This document shows, in pieces, positions 17,117 through 25,411 of a stretch of DNA of 63,303 nucleotides (position 1 is the stretch's first letter; every line of letters starts with the position of its first letter). The notes under the pieces were generated by a model. It worked only from the letters and a program-made list of their open reading frames with translations, did no database searches and had not been told where the DNA came from. Source of the DNA: Eubacteriales bacterium (GTDB lineage Bacteria > Bacillota > Clostridia > Oscillospirales > CAG-272); contig JAZSIP010000039.1 in NCBI GenBank assembly GCA_045533915.1, positions 1 through 63,303 of the forward strand, written 5' to 3'. The position numbers and the translations under genes were made by a program.

Positions 17117-18514
17117 ATGTCTGCGTCAAGAACAAAAGATCTTAATCTAACAGAAGGACCGTTGCTCAAAAAAATAATACTATTTGCGATCCCTCTTATA
17201 TTAACAGGACTTTTGCAACAATTTTATAATGCTGCAGATCTTATGGTCGTTGGTATGTTCGAGGGTGAGATAGCACTTGCGGCAGTTGGATCTACGGGTT
17301 CACTGACGGGTCTTATCGTCGGTCTTTTCATGGGACTTTCAGTAGGGGCTGGAGTAAGTGTCGCACACCATATCGGAGCTAAAGAATACGGTGAATTAAA
17401 GCGTGTTATACATACGGCTATTCCCGTCGCTTTTGTTTTGGGAATTTTGGTAAGTATTTTAGGCTTTATTTTCGCGCCCGATCTTTTGCGCCTTATGGAT
17501 AATCCCGAGAACGTGATAGGCGGCGCAACTCTTTATATTCGCATTATTTTTCTCGGACTTCCCGCATCTATGGTTTATAACTATTCGGCATCAATGCTAC
17601 GTTCGTCAGGAGATGCAAAGCGCCCACTCATATTTTTGTCTATATCGGGAATTGTAAACGTAGTTCTTAATTTTGTTCTTGTTTCATTCTTTCATATGGG
17701 AGTTGCGGGAGTTGGTATAGCAACTATCACGTCTCAGTATATCTCGGCAATAATGGCTATCGTATATATGATGAGAACAAAGGGATATATGCATTTTTCT
17801 TTTAAAGAGCTTTGTATTGATAAAAATAAGCTCAAGAAAATACTTTACATAGGTGTACCTTCGGGGTTGCAGACCTGTCTGTTTGCGCTTGGAAACGTTA
17901 TGATACAATCCTCGATCAATAGCCTTGGCGATACTGTCATAGCGGGACGCGCGGCAGCGGCAAATCTTGAGGGATTTGTATATATTACTTTGAACGCGCT
18001 CTATCACGTTTCGATCACTTTTGTAGGTCAGGCGGTAGGCGCAAAGGCGTACAAAAGCATAAAAAAGATCGTTTTGTATAGCGGAGCGGTAGTACTGATT
18101 ATAGGGGCTTTTTATACCGTAGTTATGCTTGGATTTAATGAACAACTCGTTGGACTTTATGCGCCTGATAACGAAGTGGTTCTTCACGAGGCTTTTAAGA
18201 GCATGTCGATAATAGTTCCAACGTATTTCCTTTGCGGATTTATGGAGATATTGGGCGGTGCGCTCAGAGCTATGGGAAAATCCATTACAACGATGGTGGT
18301 AACCCTTTTGGGTGCTTGCGGTATACGAGTTCTTTGGGTTCAGACTGTATTTCGCTTCGTTCAGACGTCAGAATGTATATACTACTCTTATCCCATAAGC
18401 TGGTTCTTAACAATGATATGTCACGGTATCTTCCTTGTGGTCTTTGTTAAAAAGGCGATGAGAGAGTTGAACAATGAAAACGCGTTAAAAAAACTCAAAA
18501 CAAAGTTGTCATAA
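17117..18514 (+). CDS. MATE-family efflux transporter
   Basis: 465 aa with 12 predicted TM segments. The N-terminus is typical of MATE/NorM proteins (EGPLLKKIILFAIPLILTGLLQQFYNAADLMVVG). Confidence 0.85.
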   Translation: MSASRTKDLNLTEGPLLKKIILFAIPLILTGLLQQFYNAADLMVVGMFEGEIALAAVGSTGSLTGLIVGLFMGLSVGAGVSVAHHIGAKEYGELKRVIHTAIPVAFVLGILVSILGFIFAPDLLRLMDNPENVIGGATLYIRIIFLGLPASMVYNYSASMLRSSGDAKRPLIFLSISGIVNVVLNFVLVSFFHMGVAGVGIATITSQYISAIMAIVYMMRTKGYMHFSFKELCIDKNKLKKILYIGVPSGLQTCLFALGNVMIQSSINSLGDTVIAGRAAAANLEGFVYITLNALYHVSITFVGQAVGAKAYKSIKKIVLYSGAVVLIIGAFYTVVMLGFNEQLVGLYAPDNEVVLHEAFKSMSIIVPTYFLCGFMEILGGALRAMGKSITTMVVTLLGACGIRVLWVQTVFRFVQTSECIYYSYPISWFLTMICHGIFLVVFVKKAMRELNNENALKKLKTKLS

Positions 18515-18517
18515 AGT

Positions 18518-18545
18518 AAAAAGGGTGGTTTGTCCACCCTTTTTG
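18518..18545 (+). terminator. Intrinsic terminator
   Basis: AGGGTGG-TTTGT-CCACCCT followed by TTTT. Confidence 0.8.
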
Positions 18546-18651
18546 AATAAAAATCATAGATAAGTCAAAGTTTATTCAATAAAAATACACAGTTTTAATG
18601 TATAATATTTTAAATATGTCATAATAATACCTGATTTTTGGAGGTACGTAA

Positions 18652-19596
18652 ATGATCGAAGTAGCAAATGTAAAATATTCTCTTGAAAGCGAAAATGAGC
18701 TGACCTTTTCAATCGGAGGAAAGGGAATACACGGTATATTTTGCGACACTGATAAAGAAACGGCGCTCTTGACTGATCTTTTGTCGGGCGGGAAAGACGC
18801 TTTGAGCGGAAGCATACTTTTCGGCAAAGACGAAGCGGAGTTTTCTCCGTCTGAGCAACGCGCAAAATTGGGAGTATCACTTTCAAAAATGCCGTTTTAC
18901 GAGGATATGACTGTAGTGGAGACACTTGAGTTCGTCGCTCTTGCCAAAAAAACAGATCCCGAGAAAAGCCGACGCCAGATCAAAGAGGCACTCTCGCTTT
19001 TGGGTATCGAAAATATAGCAAAAAAGCAGATAAAAAAGCTTTCCGTACAGAATCGACGCCGTCTTTCAGCGGCACAGGCTCTGCTTGGAAATCCCGAGAT
19101 TATCATTTTCGAATCTCCCACAGCTGAGGTCGACGAAAATTGCGCGAACGAAATGCGTGAGCTTATAAAAATGCTCGGAAATATTAAGAGCGTAGTAGTT
19201 TTAAGCTCAGACGACGAGCTATTGATAGATCTTTGCGAGGATGTAAAGGTGATATCGGGAGGTAAGCTTTTGTTTGACGGCTCTTCGGAAGAGCTTGCGT
19301 CTCACCTTGATGGCGGAAGAAGACTTACCGTTACGCTCAAGGGAAGTGAAGAGAATATAGAGAAAGCATCAAATAAGATCAAGACACTTTGCGGAGTAGA
19401 ACTTTTGGAAAGTGACGGAAACATTGTTACAGTAAATTTCAATTTGGAGACTGTAAGCAGAGAAGCTATATTGTCCGCGTTTGAAGAAAACGATTGTATA
19501 GTTCGATCCGTAAAAATCTCAGCTAGAGCGGTTGCTGAAACCTTTTACGAGGCTTCTGACGAGAATGAAGGAAATGATGAGGAGGAAAAGGAATGA
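18652..19596 (+). CDS. ABC-transporter ATPase-like protein with degenerate catalytic motifs
   Basis: The overall layout is ABC-like, but the motifs are degenerate. Walker A reads GIFCDTDKETA, the signature reads LSVQN, Walker B reads IIIFESPT, and the H-loop His is replaced (LSSDD). Confidence 0.7.
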   Translation: MIEVANVKYSLESENELTFSIGGKGIHGIFCDTDKETALLTDLLSGGKDALSGSILFGKDEAEFSPSEQRAKLGVSLSKMPFYEDMTVVETLEFVALAKKTDPEKSRRQIKEALSLLGIENIAKKQIKKLSVQNRRRLSAAQALLGNPEIIIFESPTAEVDENCANEMRELIKMLGNIKSVVVLSSDDELLIDLCEDVKVISGGKLLFDGSSEELASHLDGGRRLTVTLKGSEENIEKASNKIKTLCGVELLESDGNIVTVNFNLETVSREAILSAFEENDCIVRSVKISARAVAETFYEASDENEGNDEEEKE

Positions 19597-21842
19597 GAGC
19601 TATATTCAAAAAAGAATTTCGCTCGGTGTTGCTAAGCACAGCGGGACTTTCGTTTATAGGATTGTTTCTCTGCTTTGCGGGAAGTATGACTGCGTATTGG
19701 AATCTGACACAGCTTTCCTCGTCCTTTGAGGTCATTTTCGCATATATGCCTTTTGCGGCTATCGTACTTGTTCCATTGCTCACAATAGGCGCTTTTTCAA
19801 GGGAACGCACACAGGAAACGGATAGATTTCTTGCACTTTTACCCCTGTCTACCCGTGATATCGTATTAGGTAAATATTTCGCTCGCCTCAGCGTCGCGAT
19901 GATACCCAATGTCATAATGATATTTACGCCCATTATACTCAATTTCAGCGGAGAAGTAAATTATATAACGGCGTACACCTCGCTTTTGGTTTTTTCTATT
20001 CTTGAGGCTTTGCTTATTGCGCTGTGCCTTTATATCGACACACGTTGCAAACATAGATACGTTGCTACGGCTCTGCCTTACGGCGCGATTGTTTTGTGGT
20101 TTGCGATCGGTGTTGTGGGAGAAAAGCTTCCGACATCTAATGCCTTTTTGAGAATTTTTGGTGATATTCTTTCCAATATCTCTCCGTTTTCGATGTTTAA
20201 CGAATTTCTTTACGGGCTTTTCGATTTCAGAGTCGTATTCGTATATATATCGCTTACAGTTCTTTTTGTTGCTCTTGCTATATGGGCTTTCGGTTCTAAA
20301 AAGAGTATATATGCATACGAATCATATAATAAAAGCGCACTGCAAAAAGCTTCCGCTACACTCTCACTCGTTATGGCTCTGGCAATAATTTTTGCAAATA
20401 TAGGCGTAATGATAACACCCGCAAAATTTGGAAAGATAGATATTACAGCTCAAAGAACGTATACTCTTTCCGAGGAGACCAAGGAGTTTTTGGATTCTCT
20501 AGATACGGAAGTAACTATTTACGCCGTAAATTTTGAGGACTCTGAGTATAGAATAAAGCTTTTCCTTGACCGTATGGCAAGTTATAGTGACCGCCTTACC
20601 GTCAGAGAGATAGACACCGAAAAGGATATAGAATTTGCCGCAAAATACGGACTCGACGGCTATGAAAAGAGCTCTTTGGCTAATAGTATCATAGTTGAAA
20701 GCGACAAGCGTTATCAAATGATATATTACTCGTCTCTTTTCACATATACAAATGAGAATGACAGCTTTGGTTTTGAGCGTATTTCGGCATCTCAATTTCA
20801 GCAATATTACTCTATGTTTGCTTCAAACACTCAATACGCAGACTACTTGAATATTTTGCTGAGCGAAACAGATATGTATTTTGAGGGTCAAACAGTCATT
20901 TCAAATAACATTGAATACGTAGCGGCAGAATATATCCCGTCCTTTTATGTTCTCGGCGGTCATGAAACCGATATATCAAGCACTCTGTGGGGACAGCTTT
21001 GCACGTATTACGGAATGATACCTAAGACGTTGAATATTACGGACGGCTCTCCCGTGACTATGGATGTTGCCTCGCTTACGATAGCCGCACCCAAGACCGA
21101 CCTTAGCGATAGGGAGCTTTCAGCAATAAAGGCTTATCTTGAAAAAGGCGGTCAAGTAACGGTCATTACGAATGAAAGCAATTTGGAAATGAAAAATCTT
21201 ATGTCACTTCTTGACTCTTACGGAATGACAGCAAACTCCGGCATACTTGCAGAGCAGGTCGAAGTAAAGACCGAGACGGAGGAGGGCGGTGAGGAGACAA
21301 AGACTGAGGAATCAAAAACTCTGACCGTTTACCCGAATTACGATCACGATATTATGGCAACTATTGCGGCACAGGGCGGTGAGTATTCCGCAAAGATAAC
21401 TAACGCAAACTCCATCAAGCTGAATACCGAAAAAGATACTTCGCTTTTGCTTTCCCCCATACTCAAGACTTCTGAAAACTCATATTTTGTGGGAGCAGAA
21501 TCGGACAAAGCAAGTCATATAGTAGCCGCAACCGCGGAGCGTGCAAGAGGCGACCGCTTGGTATGGTTTACGGCGGCTGATTCTTTCTTGGGAATCGGAG
21601 ATATGGCATCTTTCGATGAGCAACAGCTCAATAATACGATGGCAGTGCTTTTTGCGCAGGCGTGGACGAATAACGTGTATACATCAACGCTTAATGAAGC
21701 TCCGCCATCGCAATATATGACGAACGGACTTGAGATGTCCGAAACGGTGGCAACAGTCCTTGGTATGATATTCGTAGCCGTCATACCTTTTGCTGTCGTA
21801 GGCATTGTCGGTATAGTAAGATATAAGCGTGAAAAGGCATAA
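19593..21842 (+). CDS. Fused ABC-2 type permease / GldG-like (ABC-type uncharacterised transport system) protein
   Basis: The N-terminal ~240 aa are polytopic. A large extracytoplasmic domain and a C-terminal TM anchor follow. The start overlaps the ATPase stop (ATGA). Confidence 0.65.
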   Translation: MRAIFKKEFRSVLLSTAGLSFIGLFLCFAGSMTAYWNLTQLSSSFEVIFAYMPFAAIVLVPLLTIGAFSRERTQETDRFLALLPLSTRDIVLGKYFARLSVAMIPNVIMIFTPIILNFSGEVNYITAYTSLLVFSILEALLIALCLYIDTRCKHRYVATALPYGAIVLWFAIGVVGEKLPTSNAFLRIFGDILSNISPFSMFNEFLYGLFDFRVVFVYISLTVLFVALAIWAFGSKKSIYAYESYNKSALQKASATLSLVMALAIIFANIGVMITPAKFGKIDITAQRTYTLSEETKEFLDSLDTEVTIYAVNFEDSEYRIKLFLDRMASYSDRLTVREIDTEKDIEFAAKYGLDGYEKSSLANSIIVESDKRYQMIYYSSLFTYTNENDSFGFERISASQFQQYYSMFASNTQYADYLNILLSETDMYFEGQTVISNNIEYVAAEYIPSFYVLGGHETDISSTLWGQLCTYYGMIPKTLNITDGSPVTMDVASLTIAAPKTDLSDRELSAIKAYLEKGGQVTVITNESNLEMKNLMSLLDSYGMTANSGILAEQVEVKTETEEGGEETKTEESKTLTVYPNYDHDIMATIAAQGGEYSAKITNANSIKLNTEKDTSLLLSPILKTSENSYFVGAESDKASHIVAATAERARGDRLVWFTAADSFLGIGDMASFDEQQLNNTMAVLFAQAWTNNVYTSTLNEAPPSQYMTNGLEMSETVATVLGMIFVAVIPFAVVGIVGIVRYKREKA

Positions 21843-21865
21843 AAACTATTTTGAGAGGAACAGTT

Positions 21866-22429
21866 ATGTGGATATTTTTGATCATAGCGATTATAGCGAC
21901 AATAGTGCTGTATCCATATTTATCCGTGGCTGTGTGCAGATATAAGGCAATATCAAATCTGCGCTCAAAATTGCGCCGTGTCGGAGGCAGAATGAGAGTT
22001 TTGCGCCGATTTGCGTTTGCTTCATCAAACCGCTCGGCAAAATACGATCTTTTGGTTGAAAAGGATAGTGTACTTTATGCCGTGAAATTTTGGTCTTGTT
22101 CGCATAGAAACACGGAGCTGAGGATCTATTCCGATGGACGCGTAGCCGAGGAGCGCAGTTTGCCGTCTCCGATTACTCCCAAAGGTCCTGTAAAGGCAAG
22201 AACTGTCAGTTACCGTGCAAAATACGTGCCTAAGACCGAATATAATTTCAAAAATTCAAACGGTAAAAAAATAATCAACGTTATACTTGTTTATCCTTCG
22301 TATAAAAATATAATACTTGATAAAGATGGCGAGAAACGCATATTGCATAGCGGAGATCTGTTTTTTGATAAAGTGATACTTACTCCCTTGGCTTTTGGGA
22401 AAATATTGTCTCAAATTCAACAAGGTTAA
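21866..22429 (+). CDS. Membrane-anchored hypothetical protein
   Basis: It has an N-terminal TM helix (WIFLIIAIIATIVLYPYL). The segment YDLLVEKDSVLYAVKFW faintly resembles a PD-(D/E)xK core, which is speculative. Confidence 0.45.
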   Translation: MWIFLIIAIIATIVLYPYLSVAVCRYKAISNLRSKLRRVGGRMRVLRRFAFASSNRSAKYDLLVEKDSVLYAVKFWSCSHRNTELRIYSDGRVAEERSLPSPITPKGPVKARTVSYRAKYVPKTEYNFKNSNGKKIINVILVYPSYKNIILDKDGEKRILHSGDLFFDKVILTPLAFGKILSQIQQG

Positions 22430-22471
22430 GATTTAATGGATTTATAATTTGTTGCGGATATAAGCAACAAA

Positions 22472-22515
22472 GGGGCTGAGTCAAAAGCTTTTTAGAAAGC
22501 GAATGGCTCAGCCCC
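22472..22515. terminator. Bidirectional terminator hairpin, a member of a repeat family (second copy at 63159-63200)
   Basis: GGGGCTGAG-TCAAAAGCTTTTTAGAAAGCGAATGG-CTCAGCCCC flanked by an A-run and a T-run. A near-identical core recurs at the end of the window. Confidence 0.7.
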
Positions 22516-22526
22516 TTTTATAATAA

Positions 22527-23885
22527 TTATTCGATTACCTTTTCAGGCTCAGCATCTTTTTCGTTTTCTTCGTCTTCTTCGGTGGGAAGCGGAATAACCT
22601 TGACCAAAACCTCGTGAGTCATCTGCTCGTCTGCTTCGGTGACGGAGATAGAAAGATTTTCATAATCAAAAGAGAATCCGACATCAGGAATGTTTCCGCA
22701 TACCTCTGAGACCCAACCGTTTACGGTTATTGATGCAATATCTTCGTTCTTTTCGAGCGAGAAATGCTCAAAGAACTCATCAATAGAAACACTCGAGAGA
22801 ACCTTATAAGTATCTTCGCTTACGGGAACGATCGTTTCGATAGCTTCATCTTGCTCGTCCCATATCTCACCCACAAGCTCCTCGATGATATCCTCCATCG
22901 TAACGATACCCGAAGTGCTTCCGTACTCGTTCACAACAAGTACCATATGCTTGTGCTTTTTCTGCATATCCTTGAAAAGAGAATCCAAACGGATCGTTTC
23001 AGGAACAAATTCGGGGGGGAGAAGTACGTCGTCAAGCTTAAAATCGGGTTCGGAACGCTTCAAAAGATAGTTGCGGGTGTGAAGAATTCCGACTATTTTA
23101 TCAACGTTTTCATTATAAACGGGGATACGGGAATAACCCTCTTTTGCTATGATGTCGAGAAGCTCGCTTTCAGCGATGTCATAGGAGATCGAAACGACCG
23201 AATTCCTCTGTGTCATAACGTCTGCCGCTGAAAGACGTTCAAGCTTAAAGACGTTTTTGATATATTCGATGTCGTCTTGCTTAAGTGTGCCTTCGTCCGC
23301 GCCCGCATCAAGCATTACAACGATGTCTTCCTCGGAAACCGATTCTTCCTTTGCGTGAGGATCGATTCCGAACATACGGATAACGAGATTGGTCGATACA
23401 GATAAGAACCAGATTATAGGCTTAAGTATAGTAGTAAGTACAGAAATGATGCCGCAAACACCATTTGCAAGCTTTTCTTTATGACGCATAGCTATACGCT
23501 TTGGAACAAGCTCACCGAGAACGAGAGTGAAATAAGAGAGTATCAAGGTGATCAAAATGACAGATACTGTATCTATCGTTGCGTAGTGCGCGTCAGTTAA
23601 GTTAAACAATTTTATCAAAGCGCCGGTAAGCTTTTCCGAAAAGCTGTCCGCAGCAAAAGCCGAGCCCAAAAATCCTGCAAGCGTGATTCCGACTTGGATC
23701 GTAGACAGAAATTTCGTAGGGTCGTCGATGATCTTTATCATTTTACGAGCTTTTTTGTCGCCGTCCTCTGCAAGAGCGCGAACCTTTTTCTCGTTGATAG
23801 AGATCAAAGCTATCTCGGTAGCCGCAAAAAAAGCATTAAGAAGGATAAGGATCAGTTGCAATAATAATTGTTTAAAGATGTCCAT
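22527..23885 (-). CDS. CNNM/CorC-HlyC family transporter (DUF21 TM domain, CBS pair, CorC_HlyC domain)
   Basis: The domain order is recognisable from the translation. The start was set to MDIFKQLLLQ. The ORF track extends 17 codons further upstream. Confidence 0.8.
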   Translation of the reverse strand: MDIFKQLLLQLILILLNAFFAATEIALISINEKKVRALAEDGDKKARKMIKIIDDPTKFLSTIQVGITLAGFLGSAFAADSFSEKLTGALIKLFNLTDAHYATIDTVSVILITLILSYFTLVLGELVPKRIAMRHKEKLANGVCGIISVLTTILKPIIWFLSVSTNLVIRMFGIDPHAKEESVSEEDIVVMLDAGADEGTLKQDDIEYIKNVFKLERLSAADVMTQRNSVVSISYDIAESELLDIIAKEGYSRIPVYNENVDKIVGILHTRNYLLKRSEPDFKLDDVLLPPEFVPETIRLDSLFKDMQKKHKHMVLVVNEYGSTSGIVTMEDIIEELVGEIWDEQDEAIETIVPVSEDTYKVLSSVSIDEFFEHFSLEKNEDIASITVNGWVSEVCGNIPDVGFSFDYENLSISVTEADEQMTHEVLVKVIPLPTEEDEENEKDAEPEKVIE

Positions 23886-24175
23886 AGTGATTTTTGTGTT
23901 TGATTTTGCTTTATAGATCAAACACGGCGTCTGCAATTGGCAGACATAATAACTCCTTTTTTATAAATATTTCCGTCTGTTCTTTCAGATCGGATAGATT
24001 TTTGAGAACGTTGAGAAACGCAAAAAAGCATAGCCTGAGTTCGATAGAGCGCAGGTTATGCTAAAATGTAATATTAGATTTAAAACTAAAACTGTTTAAG
24101 CTCGTACTTCGACAGTTTCCGTCTCCGTTATCCACAATGTTCTCCTTATTTTATTGATCCTGAACGGATCATAGT
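23886..24175 (-). promoter_or_regulatory. Long 5' leader of the CNNM gene with an internal intrinsic terminator (riboswitch or attenuator candidate)
   Basis: A perfect sigma-A promoter lies upstream. The ~290-nt leader contains a terminator at 24021-24061 (10-bp stem GCATAACCTG/CAGGCTATGC followed by T6 on the minus strand). A possible 24-codon leader ORF lies at 24061-24135. Confidence 0.5.
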
Positions 24176-24181
24176 GTAGAG

Positions 24182-24210
24182 CATTATAACATATTAATAA
24201 TATTTTGTCA
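24182..24210 (-). promoter_or_regulatory. Consensus sigma-A promoter (minus strand)
   Basis: Read on the minus strand: TTGACA (24205-24210), a 17-nt spacer, then TATAAT (24182-24187). Confidence 0.7.
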
Positions 24211-24229
24211 AGCTATTTTATGAAAATAT

Positions 24230-24481
24230 TTATTTAAGTTTGTATTCCTTAAGTGCGATTGCCAGTTGATCGGGACAAGAAGTGGGCTTAAAGCCGCATT
24301 TTATTCCTTCAAGGCGTGATATAGCTTCATCGATGCTCATACCCGCGACAAGAGCCGCAACTCCTTGCGTATTTCCGGCACAGCCGCCTTCAAATTTAAC
24401 GCTTATAATACGGTCGCCATCGACCTCAATGTTTATTCTTCTGGAGCAAACCGATTTTGTATTGTAAACTATTTTTTCCAT
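24230..24481 (-). CDS. TSCPD-domain protein (TIGR03905-like)
   Basis: 83 aa, MEKIVYNTK...GGCAGNTQG...TSCPDQLA. The longer ORF-track version (to 24748) overlaps the upstream gene and is not credible. Confidence 0.7.
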   Translation of the reverse strand: MEKIVYNTKSVCSRRINIEVDGDRIISVKFEGGCAGNTQGVAALVAGMSIDEAISRLEGIKCGFKPTSCPDQLAIALKEYKLK

Positions 24482-24497
24482 ATTTAAAAATTCCTTT

Positions 24498-25385
24498 TTA
24501 TATAAATTCTTCGGTTTGATAAAAACCGATGGGGGTGTAGTTAGGATATTCCAAAGACAGATACAACGCAAAAGCATACGCCTCCTGACAGGGAATGGAG
24601 AATGTAAGATAATGCTTATAGAGAGCGTGATCGTATTCAAGCGACACAGTATCTGTTTTTTTAGGGATCGCCGAGAATTCATAAGCCGCAGACAGCAGAT
24701 CAACAAGTCTCTTACTATCTTGACGCGCAATGGAAAATTCAAAGTCACACAAAGTATCGTTATTTATTCGCTTTGGCGCAGTTTTTCCAACGAGGGCAAA
24801 GCGTATATTAGAGGCGGGATCGTCATTGGTTTCCAAGGAAGTTACCGCGCAGATATGTAGCTCGTATCGGTCAAGAAGCGAATAAAATCCGAACAGTCTG
24901 CCATCTGAGGAATTTTCTATCGGAAGTATCGCATACTCGCAAACTCCGCTTATAACGTCCTCGCAAGCCGATGCAAACGATGAGGCATACGAAAACTTTG
25001 TATTTCTTACTATATGTGAAAATTTCTCATAGGCGACATCGTTATATTTGTTGCGGACATAAGATATCCTTCCGTGAGATCCGGGCAAAGCTCTTTCACT
25101 TATTCCCAAAAGTTCAAATATTGCATCACATTTATTTCGCGATACTGATTTTCCGTTTTGTGTGATCGTTTTGAAGAAAATAGCGCAAGCGATAGTGTTG
25201 TCGTCAGGTAAAAGAGACTTGAATTCTTCATAAACTTTCGCGATATTACTTCCGTTGTGTTCAAGCCATAACTGCTCGGCAAGGCTTTCCGCGCATAAAC
25301 GGTATTGCTTTTGAATAAGAGAAAGACGTTCTTTGCAAAACTCGAGATTTTCGCAAATAGTGCTTTTTATCTTCTGATCACTCAT
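24498..25385 (-). CDS. Divergent prephenate-dehydratase-like (PDT plus ACT-like) protein with an N-terminal extension
   Basis: It has YAILPIENSSDGRL and IRFALVG motifs resembling PheA PDT domains. The assignment is tentative. Confidence 0.45.
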   Translation of the reverse strand: MSDQKIKSTICENLEFCKERLSLIQKQYRLCAESLAEQLWLEHNGSNIAKVYEEFKSLLPDDNTIACAIFFKTITQNGKSVSRNKCDAIFELLGISERALPGSHGRISYVRNKYNDVAYEKFSHIVRNTKFSYASSFASACEDVISGVCEYAILPIENSSDGRLFGFYSLLDRYELHICAVTSLETNDDPASNIRFALVGKTAPKRINNDTLCDFEFSIARQDSKRLVDLLSAAYEFSAIPKKTDTVSLEYDHALYKHYLTFSIPCQEAYAFALYLSLEYPNYTPIGFYQTEEFI

Positions 25386-25411
25386 GCGCGTTATAGCCTC
25401 CTTTTGTGATT

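Noticed and set aside
24482-24748. N-terminal extension of the TSCPD ORF (172-aa version)
   Set aside because: The extension overlaps the 3' end of the upstream PDT-like gene in another frame. The conserved TSCPD protein begins at MEKIVYN (24481).
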